This document shows positions 52,512 through 62,800 of a stretch of 64,000 bases of DNA, one piece after another. Each line of letters begins with the position of its first letter. The stretch's first letter is position 1. Under the pieces are notes generated by a model. That model did no database searches. It saw nothing but the letters and a program-made list of their open reading frames with translations, and was not told where the DNA came from. The position numbers were made by a program, and so were the translations under genes. The DNA comes from Candidatus Sulfomarinibacteraceae bacterium (GTDB lineage: Bacteria > Acidobacteriota > Thermoanaerobaculia > Thermoanaerobaculales > Sulfomarinibacteraceae), in the NCBI GenBank assembly GCA_963796455.1, contig CAWCLO010000004.1, positions 608,001 through 672,000 on the forward strand, read 5' to 3'.

Positions 52512-53459
52512 CTATGCAATGTCTTCAGCAGTCTTCACCGAACTGGCGTTGCGGTCGAGGTTGTTGAGCGTGGCCACTTCCTCATCGCTGAGGGCAAAGT
52601 CAAAGATCTCCAGGTTGCTCTTCATGCGCCCTGGGTTGCTGCTCTTGGGCAGGGAGATAATCCCCCGCTGGAAGAGCCAGCGCAGGATCACCTGCCCCAC
52701 ATTCTTGCCGTACTTCTGGGCCAGGTCGCCGATCACCGGGTCTTGCAGCACACCCGTGGCCCCCGAACCAAAGGGGGCCCAGGCCTCCAACACGATGCCT
52801 TCCTCCTGGCAATAAGCCACGGTCTCCTGTTGGGCTATATATGGGCTGATTTCAATCTGGTTGACCTGCGGCACAATGTCGGTATCGGCAATCATGGTCT
52901 CCAAGTGCCGCTTCAAGAAGTTGGAGGTACCGATGGCCCGCGCCATGCCGGAGCGGTGGAGTTCCTCAAAGACCTGCCAACACAGCTTGCGGTAGTGGCG
53001 GTTTCTCACCTCGTCCGGCCCCTCGCCAGGCCAGTGCATCAGCAGCAAGTCAACATAGCCGTGACCCAGCTCATCGAGGCTGCGCTCGAAATCATAGAGC
53101 ACCCTTGCCTTGATATCCGTGACCGTAGCTAAATCCAGGGTTTTGCCAATTGCGTTCAATGCTATGCCCGCTGCAGGGTGAAAGACCTTGGTGGTTAGAA
53201 ACAGATCCTCGCGCTGAAGCTTGCCGCTGGAGTACTGCTGACCCAGCAGGTTTTTGAGCATAGAGTGGGTACCGTAGACATAGGCGGTGTCGAAGTGGCG
53301 GTAGCCCACTTCCAGGGCATTCTGAATTGGTTTCCAAGCCAGGTCCGGTTGAAAACCGAAAAATCGACCTTCAGCTTCATTCTCGGTCCAGTTTCCAAAG
53401 GCGCAGCCAAAGCCCAGGGCCGGTACCTCTACGCCATTACTCAGTGTGATGTTCTGCAT
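52512..53459 (-). CDS. Aldo/keto reductase
   Basis: GYRHFDTAYVY, FLTTKV, DLLLMHWP, IGTSNF, LPKSSNP. Confidence 0.92.
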   Translation of the reverse strand: MQNITLSNGVEVPALGFGCAFGNWTENEAEGRFFGFQPDLAWKPIQNALEVGYRHFDTAYVYGTHSMLKNLLGQQYSSGKLQREDLFLTTKVFHPAAGIALNAIGKTLDLATVTDIKARVLYDFERSLDELGHGYVDLLLMHWPGEGPDEVRNRHYRKLCWQVFEELHRSGMARAIGTSNFLKRHLETMIADTDIVPQVNQIEISPYIAQQETVAYCQEEGIVLEAWAPFGSGATGVLQDPVIGDLAQKYGKNVGQVILRWLFQRGIISLPKSSNPGRMKSNLEIFDFALSDEEVATLNNLDRNASSVKTAEDIA

Positions 53460-53475
53460 TGAGTTCTCCTTTACG

Positions 53476-53596
53476 GGGGCCACTCTGAAAGCATACCGGA
53501 TGGGTGCCACCCATGAAGGGCGCCACAGTTCGCTGGGGTGCCACCCATGAAGATTGAGTGATTGCAAAGGGTGGCGCCCATGGAAGGGTGGCACCC
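53476..53596. repeat. Densest cluster: six cores in 121 bp
   Basis: GGGGCCAC 53476, GGGTGCCACCC 53502 and 53536, GGGCGCCAC 53518, GGGTGGCGCCC 53569, GGGTGGCACCC 53586. Confidence 0.9.
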
Positions 53597-53627
53597 GCTC
53601 TCGTGACGAAAGGGTGAGAAGAGCGGG

Positions 53628-55478
53628 CTAGAACCCGCAATCTTCGTTGGCTTGTCCTGGCGTACCAAGATCTCCATCGCCGTATGGAGTTGTTGAGGTG
53701 CACCAATTCGCTCCGTCGTTATTGTCGAGGCCTGGGTTTGCGAGGGACATTGAAGCGCCTACGGGGTTGGGGAAAGTGGCACCGCCATCCCACTCGACTC
53801 GGTCGATTTCGTTCAAACAACGGTTGCTGAGTACGATTTCATCGGCAGAATTCCCGAGCGCTATTCCCGTATAGACATAGTCGATCGTGACGCCGCCGTT
53901 TGCGCCAGAATTCCCTTCGGCGCCCATCACAAGGTAGCCTCCCGCTGGTACAAAGAGCGGCCCACCGTTCGCGATAACGTGAGTGTCTGCGCCATTGTCA
54001 GACAGAGTCCAGCCATTGATATCTACAGGGGAAGCACCAGGATTGAATAGCTCAAACCACTCTCCGGCTGCGTCAGAAACAGCGACGGGGTTTTGCATGA
54101 TTTCGTTGATGACGATGACCGTTGCTGGAACCGTGGTTGACCAGGCGCTAGTATCGCCGCACTCGAAGCCATCAGAAAAGATTGGCAAAATCTCTCGAGG
54201 AACAACGTAGACACTGCCGGCCTGCCCATTTTGATTGATATCTTCGGGCGCGCTCATGACGTCCGCGCCTGACACCAACGCAACACTGTAGCCAAAACGA
54301 TCCCCGGCGTTCGCGTCAAACGCTCCGATTGGGTCGATCATGTATCCACTCCAGTCTCCCGCCGGACTGGTGTCGATGAATGAGTATGCTGCTCCGGTTT
54401 CTACACCTTTCCCATTGTGGGATGGACCACCTACCAAGATCTCCCGTCCGGCAAGATCAACGCTGTACCCGAACTGAAGCTGATCGACCGGATCGGAAGG
54501 AGCGAGTACGGTCTCTTGGTAATTACTCCAATCGCCGAGTGGGCTGTTGTCTTGGAACAGGTATACAACCCCGGAGAGGTGGAAATTATAGTAGTGCCAG
54601 GGAGCACCCACCACGAGATTGTGACCCGTGAACGCGAGTGACAACCCGAAAAAGTCACCAGCCTCGGTATCAGAGGCTATGAGTTTGGCCTCCTGGAATG
54701 TGCTCCAGTCGTTTTGAGCACTCGTGTCCCGGTAGATGTAAACAGCGCCGGTGTACAAACCGAAACCGTCGTCATACGGAACCCCAACCGCAAATACGCG
54801 GTCACCGCCAATACTGACCTTGGTACCGAATTGTTGTTGGGTGTATCCGTCTGATGCATCAATCTTCACTTCTGAAAAGGTGGACCAGTCACCGCTTGCA
54901 CTGGTGTCCTGAAAGACATAGACAGACCCAGAATAAATACCGTTGGGATCGTCGAACTCCGCACCGGCGACGATGGTACGGCCACTGACTGAAACGCTTC
55001 CGCCAAAAAGCATGTTGAGAAAGGCGTCAGATGGGACTATCTTGCGCTCCGCGGTGAGGGACCAGTCGCCGGCAGCACTGATGTCTCGAATAACGTAGAG
55101 GCAGCCGGCTTCTTCTGCGCCGTCGTCATCGCCCGTGGCACCAACCACCAGTGTTCGTCCGTCGAGGGATATCGATGACCCAAAACGATCCAGTATTTCG
55201 AGGCCGGCCGGCACGATAAAAGTGTCGCCTACGACCGACCAGTCTCCCGAATTACTGAGGTCCAGAAATACGAAGACCGCACCCGAGAATGGATCCAAGC
55301 CAGGTTCGGAATGTCTCGGTGATGACGCGAAAACCCCCCGCCCCTCGGCTGCCAATTCTGTCCCAACCCAGTCGTCGAGGTTCGAATCTGATGCTACGAG
55401 CTTGGTTTGTTGGGAAATCACGGGCGAAGCCGACAGCACGGCCAAGACGACCAGAAAAAACGTTCTGTGGATTGTCAT
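53628..55478 (-). CDS. Secreted FG-GAP repeat protein with DGFE motif and lamin-tail domain
   Basis: ASD..D.FG.S repeats; IFSDGFECGDTSAW; IVINEIMQNP...GEWFELFN...GTPG. Confidence 0.88.
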   Translation of the reverse strand: MTIHRTFFLVVLAVLSASPVISQQTKLVASDSNLDDWVGTELAAEGRGVFASSPRHSEPGLDPFSGAVFVFLDLSNSGDWSVVGDTFIVPAGLEILDRFGSSISLDGRTLVVGATGDDDGAEEAGCLYVIRDISAAGDWSLTAERKIVPSDAFLNMLFGGSVSVSGRTIVAGAEFDDPNGIYSGSVYVFQDTSASGDWSTFSEVKIDASDGYTQQQFGTKVSIGGDRVFAVGVPYDDGFGLYTGAVYIYRDTSAQNDWSTFQEAKLIASDTEAGDFFGLSLAFTGHNLVVGAPWHYYNFHLSGVVYLFQDNSPLGDWSNYQETVLAPSDPVDQLQFGYSVDLAGREILVGGPSHNGKGVETGAAYSFIDTSPAGDWSGYMIDPIGAFDANAGDRFGYSVALVSGADVMSAPEDINQNGQAGSVYVVPREILPIFSDGFECGDTSAWSTTVPATVIVINEIMQNPVAVSDAAGEWFELFNPGASPVDINGWTLSDNGADTHVIANGGPLFVPAGGYLVMGAEGNSGANGGVTIDYVYTGIALGNSADEIVLSNRCLNEIDRVEWDGGATFPNPVGASMSLANPGLDNNDGANWCTSTTPYGDGDLGTPGQANEDCGF

Positions 55479-55548
55479 ACCTGGAGACTAGCATGCTTCG
55501 ACTTGGTGCCGGTGCTGTGGTGCGGTGCGCATTGACCGCTCACATCCG

Positions 55549-55576
55549 GGGAACCCCGTTAACAATTGCACAGTTG
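55549..55576. repeat. Type C left arm
   Basis: GGGAACCCCGTTAACAATTGCACAGTTG; 21/28 inverted match to 56284-56311. Confidence 0.65.
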
Positions 55577-55611
55577 TTAGTCACAGCGGGCCACGGCAGC
55601 GATTGCCTCCT

Positions 55612-56169
55612 TTACGGCAAGTAGGTCTTCGGGATTGGAAGGTCGGGGCGTTCGGCGGTCCAGAATATGTTCACCACCCACCACCTTTCGCCATCATTCA
55701 TGAGCTGAAAACTGTTGATTCCGCGGGCAAAGGGCTTCTCATCCTCGGCTTTGCGCCGGGATTCATAGGTGGAAAAAAGATGCACCACCGGACCGAAGCT
55801 CTCGACGATACGGTGAATTTCCACCTCGAAGAATCCCTGGGCCTCGAGCCCGGAAGCGGCACGTTCGACGTACTCTTCGGGGCTCCACATGAGGTGCTCC
55901 ATGCCTTCGGCTTCTTTTGGTTTGAAGACAGGAATGAGCTTCGCACCGGGAACGAACAGGGAACGAAATCGGTCCCAGTCCCTCTTCTGCCCAGCCGGTC
56001 CGGAGATGACGTCGTACACCGCTTTCACGATGGCATCGACGGACTCCACATCAGCTGGAGCAGCCTTCGGCATTGACGAAGCCTCCTGAGCCGGGACGGG
56101 CGCGGCAGTGGTAAAGAGCAACGCCAGCGGCGTGAACAAACAGAAGGCGTTTCGGATCAAATAGGTCAT
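55612..56169 (-). CDS. Secreted NTF2/SnoaL-like hypothetical protein
   Basis: Signal peptide; YDVISGPAG..RDW.RFR.LF; RGINSFQL..DGERWW. Confidence 0.8.
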   Translation of the reverse strand: MTYLIRNAFCLFTPLALLFTTAAPVPAQEASSMPKAAPADVESVDAIVKAVYDVISGPAGQKRDWDRFRSLFVPGAKLIPVFKPKEAEGMEHLMWSPEEYVERAASGLEAQGFFEVEIHRIVESFGPVVHLFSTYESRRKAEDEKPFARGINSFQLMNDGERWWVVNIFWTAERPDLPIPKTYLP

Positions 56170-56283
56170 CTCTTTTTCCCCCTTGCGGCAACAAGCCGAA
56201 CATCACCGGGTTTGAGTTCCTGGCACGACGATTCTAACGGTTCTCGAAAGAGGACCCATGAATGTACGAACCCTCAATACTCT

Positions 56284-56314
56284 CAATTGTGTAATTGTGA
56301 ACGCGGCACCGATG
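56284..56314. repeat. Type C right arm
   Basis: CAATTGTGTAATTGTGAACGCGGCACCGATG. Confidence 0.75.
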
Positions 56315-56328
56315 CAACCCGCAATCCG

Positions 56329-57210
56329 TCAGACCGCGGCGCCGATATCCCCCGGCGTCGCCCTCACCTCAATCGGTGCCAACTGCAGAGTTTCGAAGGG
56401 CATGTCAACGCCCGCGCCGGTCAAGGTCGTGAAGATCGCCTCGCGCAGTTCGAAGGTCTTTGGAACGTGCTGTTTTTCGTCCTCGATCCACGCCTGCAAC
56501 TGGAGGTTCACATTGTAGTCATTGAGGGCGGTCACCACGACCCGCGGCGGAGGGTCGTTCAAGATGCTCGGATCATCTCGAACCAGGTTCAACAGGATTT
56601 CACGGGTTCGTTCGAGGTTTTCGGTCACCGCGACCGTGACCGAGATGTCGAGGCGCAGGTGAGGGAAGTTGGTGTAGGAAGCCACTGTCGAGTTGACCAC
56701 CGTCGCATTCGGCACAGCCAGCATCCGGCCATCCCGGGTGACGATCCGGGTTGACCGTGGCGTGATCCGATCCACCCGCCCGTAGTGTCCTTCGACCTCG
56801 ACGAGATCTCCGATCACAAACGGCCGGTCCCAGAAAATGAGAATGCCCGAAATCAGGTTGGACAACGCGTCGCGTGCCGCAAAACCGATCGTCAGACCGG
56901 CCACACCCAGACTGGTGACCAGCGCCGCCGTGTTGACCCCGACCGCGGAAAGGGCCTGGACGACACCAAAGGAGAGGACGAGGAACTTGAGGATCGTCCG
57001 GGCAAAACTGGCGGATGTCCGGTCGACCTTCCCTCGCCTCAAGACTGTGTCTGCAAAACGATCGACGACCCACCACAGGGCATAAAAGCCGGCAAAGGTC
57101 AAAAAACCGATCACGACATTGGTGAGCATCGTGACCAGCGCCGGGCCGAGCACCGCCGGATCGAACTGGTCGCGCAGACGGCTCAGAACCGCATTTAAAA
57201 AGGAGTCCAA
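56329..57210 (-). CDS. Small-conductance mechanosensitive channel (MscS family)
   Basis: GVAGLTIGFAA.D.LSN..SG...RPF..GD; VPN. Confidence 0.92.
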   Translation of the reverse strand: MDSFLNAVLSRLRDQFDPAVLGPALVTMLTNVVIGFLTFAGFYALWWVVDRFADTVLRRGKVDRTSASFARTILKFLVLSFGVVQALSAVGVNTAALVTSLGVAGLTIGFAARDALSNLISGILIFWDRPFVIGDLVEVEGHYGRVDRITPRSTRIVTRDGRMLAVPNATVVNSTVASYTNFPHLRLDISVTVAVTENLERTREILLNLVRDDPSILNDPPPRVVVTALNDYNVNLQLQAWIEDEKQHVPKTFELREAIFTTLTGAGVDMPFETLQLAPIEVRATPGDIGAAV

Positions 57211-57288
57211 CAGAATCCTCCGACTTGTTTTCGTTTTCGTGCTGACAGACCTCGAATTCTACACGATCGGGTTGTTCCTCAAGGGCAA

Positions 57289-57408
57289 GGGTGCCACTGA
57301 AAGGGTGCCGGGTTCCGCATTGTTGCATTGTGAGTGGGTGCTCCAGAGGGTGGCACGTTTACGACGGCAGAAAGCAACATTGAGGCAATGCTAAGTGTGG
57401 CACTCATG
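57289..57408. repeat. Cluster of five cores with type B arms
   Basis: GGGTGCCAC 57289, GGGTGCCGG 57303, GGGTGCTCC 57336, GGGTGGCACG 57348, AGCAACATTGAGGCAATGCTAAGTGTGGCACTCATG 57373. Confidence 0.85.
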
Positions 57409-57550
57409 TTTATTGATCCGGCTGCTATTGTCCTTGAAGAGTGCCCGTGCCTCCTTTCTACTCATGTGAAAACGTGAACGAAGTACCGACGTGGTACGGT
57501 CGAGGCGTTCAAAAGGTAATCGCTGTTCGATTCGGGAAGGGGAGCCAGCC

Positions 57551-57868
57551 ATGAACGATCCAAGCGAAGAGATCGCACCGGCAACCCGCGGGGTGGCGGT
57601 CATGCTTCTGGTCTTTGCGGCCCTAATCATCGGTGGGAACGCATTGGCCCTTCGTTTTATGGGCCGGTACTTTCCGCTCATTCTCGCCTTCGCCGGCCCT
57701 CTGGTCACGATGGGAATCGTCGGCCTGATCAGTCCGAAGATCCTCGATGCGCTCTTTTCGACGGTGGAGAAGGGGCACACGCCGACCGCGATTCGCGTCT
57801 CCTGGGGTGCCTTCCTCCTCGGTGTCGTCCTGAGCCTTGTCTTTCTGTTCAAGGCTTACATTGGCTGA
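57551..57868 (+). CDS. Hypothetical membrane protein
   Basis: Three TM segments; GGGGAG RBS. Confidence 0.65.
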   Translation: MNDPSEEIAPATRGVAVMLLVFAALIIGGNALALRFMGRYFPLILAFAGPLVTMGIVGLISPKILDALFSTVEKGHTPTAIRVSWGAFLLGVVLSLVFLFKAYIG

Positions 57869-57948
57869 CCGGAGAATCCGGCGCCCCACCAACACCGAGT
57901 CGAGAAGCCGCTTGACGAGGCGCCTCAGGTAGGGCACGACCTGCCAGG

Positions 57949-58001
57949 GAGTGCCGCCTACTCAATAACTCAACCATTGTGGAAAAGAAAACTTTGCACC
58001 C
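57949..58001. repeat. Degenerate element GAGTGCCGCC...TTGCACCC
   Basis: Between convergent genes, 12 nt from a stop codon. Confidence 0.5.
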
Positions 58002-58013
58002 GTAGTAACTGCT

Positions 58014-59612
58014 TCAGGGGACCCACCATGACGAAACATCTCCGGACTCGAAGCCGTCGCTGAAGACTTCATCTACGACCTCGTACGCCCCGATGGAGGG
58101 AGGCGTTGCATAGGCGGCGCCGTTTCGGTCTATCAGGATTCCAGCGGCAACCCCGCGCTGTCGAACGGGGGAGTCCTTTGCGGGAACCCAATCGAATTCA
58201 TCGAGGTCGGCCAACAGCGGATCTTCGATCACAGCCGTGGCTTCCCAATCGAATACCTGGCTCCGGTAGACGTAGCCCACGTCGCTCTCGATCGCGAGAA
58301 CCACGTCACCGGATTGCGGCCGGTAGCAAGCATTGTTGCTATGGGTGGCGGAAGATGCTGTGTTTGCGACATAGCAGGGATCGCCTGAAACCGCAGATCC
58401 CTTGTTGACGACCAGGTTGTTCCGAAAAACGGTAACGCCCGGAGTGCTCGAATCGTCCATGAAAGCGTTGCCTTCATCAACCACGATGGTGTTGTGGAGA
58501 AAATCGAACTGCGCCGTTTTTTCACCATCGGTATAACCGACGCCCGAGGCGATCTGGATCCAGATCGCCGCATTGTCGCCGGCGTCCTCCTGATAGAACA
58601 GGTTGCCGTAAATGGTTGCCGATGGGGCGTACCCATTTTGAACGACCATTCCGGGCTTGTCGCGCATGCGGATGTCGTTGTAGCGAATGACGGCGTTCTG
58701 TGGTGTGCCGTCTTCGTTGCCGGCGAGGGCGACCGCGGGGCCATCCAGACTCTCGGCCCCCTGGGTGATCGTGTTGCATTCAATGACGCCGTCGACAACG
58801 CTCTGAGAGAACGACATTCCCGTCGCTCGGCCGTCACCGTTGATTCCGAAATTGGTGACGGTGTTGCGGTACATCTGCATGTTGTAAAGCGTCGAAGGGG
58901 TTGCGCCATGTACGGCGCGCCCCACGTAGGCAGTGACACCGTGATTGGACGCCGTGTCGACCACATTGTCACGGAAAGTGATGTTCGACATATCCGTGTT
59001 CCAGGTCTGGAAGAGCACTGCGATGACGTAGTCGTCGTTCTCATCGCCACAATTCAGAATCGAATTGTTTTGCACGACAATGTTGGTTTCGGAGTCCTGA
59101 TAACCATTCGGTGAGTAATAGCTGTCTGTCCCACCGACGACGATGCCGAAAGCGTTCGTGTCGTTGCCGTCGACCACGATGTTCTGGAAATAGAGATGGC
59201 TGGCGCCGATAATGTTGACTACGGCTTTTTCAGGTGCCTCTCGATCTTGTGACGAACGGATGATGGCTTTGCCGCCGGTGCCCCAATAGTCGCCGTCCCA
59301 AACGATCGGCTGACCCGGCGTTCCTCCATGATGGATGCCGAGCGCCGTTGCCGTCTCGAAAACGTCCCCCCGCTTCAAGGCGATGCGCGCGCCCGCCACT
59401 GTCGCGTTGTCCTCGGCATAGTCGAGAGATTGCCAGGGTGTTTGCTCGGTCAGTCCGTCGTTGTCGTCATCGCCACCGGTGCTCACGTAGTAGGTCACTG
59501 AGGTAATAGGGGGCACCACCGCCACGCCGCACGGCGGATCCAGACTCTCGCCGCGAGCTGGAGCCAGCAGAAGAAAAACAAGAGGGAGAGACAGGGCACG
59601 AAGACTACTCAT
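58014..59612 (-). CDS. Secreted right-handed beta-helix protein with C-terminal DGFESG motif
   Basis: TYYVS..GDD.NDG.....PW; N-x-(I/V) ladders; IGAYE; VFSDGFESGDVSSW. Confidence 0.85.
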   Translation of the reverse strand: MSSLRALSLPLVFLLLAPARGESLDPPCGVAVVPPITSVTYYVSTGGDDDNDGLTEQTPWQSLDYAEDNATVAGARIALKRGDVFETATALGIHHGGTPGQPIVWDGDYWGTGGKAIIRSSQDREAPEKAVVNIIGASHLYFQNIVVDGNDTNAFGIVVGGTDSYYSPNGYQDSETNIVVQNNSILNCGDENDDYVIAVLFQTWNTDMSNITFRDNVVDTASNHGVTAYVGRAVHGATPSTLYNMQMYRNTVTNFGINGDGRATGMSFSQSVVDGVIECNTITQGAESLDGPAVALAGNEDGTPQNAVIRYNDIRMRDKPGMVVQNGYAPSATIYGNLFYQEDAGDNAAIWIQIASGVGYTDGEKTAQFDFLHNTIVVDEGNAFMDDSSTPGVTVFRNNLVVNKGSAVSGDPCYVANTASSATHSNNACYRPQSGDVVLAIESDVGYVYRSQVFDWEATAVIEDPLLADLDEFDWVPAKDSPVRQRGVAAGILIDRNGAAYATPPSIGAYEVVDEVFSDGFESGDVSSWWVP

Positions 59613-59684
59613 CCTTTCAAGGGTATCAGCGTGTGTGAGGGGTGCGAACGATACCGGGAGCGCTGACTCATGGGGAGTTCGTTT

Positions 59685-59782
59685 TTGTGCCGCTGATCAC
59701 AACCTCAGATGCTGATTGGTGTTGTTGGGATGTGATCAGTGGCACCAAAACGAGCCCTGAAGACGCCCGTTGGGTGGCACAC
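59685..59782. repeat. Complete type A element plus trailing core; last site of the array
   Basis: GTGCCGCTGATCACAACCTCAGA...GTTGTTGGGATGTGATCAGTGGCACC; GGGTGGCACAC 59772. Confidence 0.85.
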
Positions 59783-59816
59783 TCGTTGGGATACCTCTCA
59801 AAACGAGGCAAGCACC

Positions 59817-62800
59817 CTACTGAGAAGGGGAGGGGCTGCCCGGCACATCGGGGATCGCCGTCTTCCCCTCTCCCTTCGATCGGAGTGCCTTGAGCAACGA
59901 CAGAGCGGTCGCACCGAGATCGTCGAACAAGGTGAAGAAGACCGGCACCACCAACAAGGTCAAAAGGGTTGCCGTGGTGAGCCCGCCGATAAGGGTCAAG
60001 CCGAAGCTGGTGTAGCTCAAACCGATGGAGTTGGACCCGGAGAGGGTCACAGGGATCATCCCGCAGATTGTCGTCAGCGCGGTCATCATGATCGGTCTGA
60101 ATCGTCTGTTGGCCGCCGTGAGCAGCGCGTCCGTTCGGTTCATCCCGGTGCTCCGCAGTCGGTTGACGTAGTCCACCAGCACGATGCCGTTATTGACCAC
60201 CACACCGATGAGCAGTACCAGCCCGACCCCGCCGAGAAAATCGATGTTGTAGCCGAAACCGAAGTGGGTCCACCAGACCCCGAGCCCGGCCAGCGGGATG
60301 GTGAGGATGATGGACAGTGGAAGAGTGAAGCTTTCGAAAAGGAACCCCATGAGCAGGTAGATGAAGACGACGGAAAGACCCGCGGCCAACATCAGACCGC
60401 GGAGATCTTCGGCTGCGCTGTCGGCCCGCGCCAGCTGGCCGAACCGAACGCCCTCAGGGAGATCAACAAACTTCTCGAGCGCAGCCACCCTGCGCCGTGC
60501 CTCGTCCTCCTTGCCCTGCTCGAGCTCGAGGGTGATGGTGTGCGAGGTCTGCTTGTCGCGCCGGAAGATCCGCCGCGCGGTTTTGAGGTAGGTGGTGTCG
60601 GTCACCGAGGACAGCGGGACGAAGCCGCCCGAACCGGTGGGAAGATAGAAGCTCTTCAGCTGACTCAGCGTCTCGCGATCGCTCTCTAAAAAGCGGATCC
60701 TCACCGGGATGTCGTTGCCGTCGGTTCGATAACGATTGAGCTCCTGGCCCCGCAGGGCGTAGCCGACCATCCCGGCCACCACCCTCGGGCTGATGTTCTG
60801 CTGCTGCGCCCGCTCGCGGTCGATGACCAGACCGAGCTCCGAAGGTGCAGGATCACCCGACGCCTTGACCCCGAGCACCCCGGGGATCGAGGTGAACAGC
60901 GGTTCGAGATCTTCTGCCGTGGTTTCGAGCTGCTCGGCGTCGTCACCGTAGAGGGTCACCACGTGAACCTGCTCGCCCGTCTCTTCGGCCTCGGATTCCT
61001 GGCCCGTGTAGTAGGTGACCCCGGGTCGTTCGGGAAGCCTCTCGAGCACGATCGCAGTCACCTCGCGCGGGCTGAGATCGGTGGTGCGGGGGTTGTTGAA
61101 AAAGCCCTGGAGCTCGCCGAAGGTCTCGCGATGGAAGATGAACCATCCGGACAGCCCGAGCTCCTCCGCCGCCGTCTCGATGATCGCCTCGCACTCCAAA
61201 AAGAAGACCTCGGATTCCTCCAACGTTGTGCTGCGCGGTAGGCGGACCTCGATTTCGAAGCCGCCGCGTTCTTCCTCCTGAATCTCGACGAACTCGACCT
61301 GCTGCATGGGCACCGCGACAGTCACGGCGAAGACCGCCAGAATCACCAGGACCAGATCGAGGCGCCGCCTGAGAAAGACGGCGAGCAAACGGCCGTAGAG
61401 CTGGTTGAGCCGCCCGAAGGAGGCGTTGTAGATCCGTTCCATGACCGCCACGAAGCGGCGGTAGGCCGGTCGGAAGAAGGCCTCGCGGCCGCCGTTGCCG
61501 TTGCCATCGGACAGCGTGAGATAAACGCTCAAAGGAACGAAGATTCCCGCCACCACCAGCGAGCCGAGCAGCGCCACCGAGATAGGGATCGACAGCCGAA
61601 GCAGGAAGAACTGGGCCTGCCCACCGACCAGCGAAACCGGCAGAAACACGACCACGGTGGTCAGGGTGGCCATCAACACCGCCAGGGCGATCTCGGCGGT
61701 GCCGCGGATCGCCGCCTCGCGGCGCGCCAGACCCGCCCGGTGAAGGCGGTGGATGTTCTCGGCCACCACCACCGAGTTGTCGACCAGCAGACCGACCGAG
61801 ATCATCAGCGCCAGCAGCGACAGAATGTTGAGCGACTCGTTCGTGAAAAACATGGCGGTGAGCGCGATCAGCAGGCTCAAAGGGATGGCCAGGGTGATGA
61901 TGAGGGTCATCCGCAGCCGGCGGAGAAAGAAGTACAGCACGAAGACGGCGAAGAGCCCGCCGATTTTGCCGCTGTCGAGCAGGGTATCGAGGCTTTCGGT
62001 GATCACCCGCCCCTGATCGAAGAGCGGCACCATGAAGATCCTCTGTAGAGCGGGGCTTTCCTGCATCGCCCGCAGCTCGCCGCGGATGGCCCGCGCCACC
62101 TCGAGGGTGTTGGCGTCACCCTCCTTAAGTACTACGAGGGCGACCGCGGGACGCGAGTTGGCACGGATCCGGAACCGCGCCTCGGGCGGTTTGTAGGTCA
62201 CCGTGCCGATGTCGCGCAAACGGACCTGGGGCGCGACCATCCGATTCTCCAGCTCCTCGAGGTTTCGGTAGCGTGCCACCGAACGCAGCAGCAGCTTTCG
62301 GCCGCCGGTCCTGACATCGCCCGATGCCATCGAGAAGTTGTCCTGCCCAAGCTCCTGCGCCAGGGCGTAGATGTTGAGCCCTGCCGCCTCAGTGCGTTCG
62401 CGGTCGAGCTCGATGAAGATCTCTTTTTCGAGCAAACCGTTGACATTGACCGACGCGACCCCCTCGAGCCGCTGGAGGCGGACGACGATCTGTTTTTGGA
62501 CCAGGGTGTAGGGGTCTGTCAGCTCGGGGTCGATGGCGAGACCGACGACGAAGACCGGGATCGCCGACTCGTCCTCCTTGCGGATGAAGATCCGGTCGGC
62601 ATCCTCCGGCAGCAGCGCCCGAGCCCGCTCGATCCGATCACGGACCTCCCGGTAGGCGACATCCATGTCGGTCCCGCTCTTGAAGTTGAGGAAGCATCTG
62701 CCGAAGCCGGTGGTCGAGAAGGAGTTGAGCGACTCGAGCCCGCGCACCGTGCTGAGTTCGTCCTCGAGCGGCATGACGATCTTCTCCAGCACCTCCTGTG

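Noticed and set aside
53476..53596. CRISPR array
   Set aside because: Repeats are short, degenerate, in both orientations and irregularly spaced; no cas genes.
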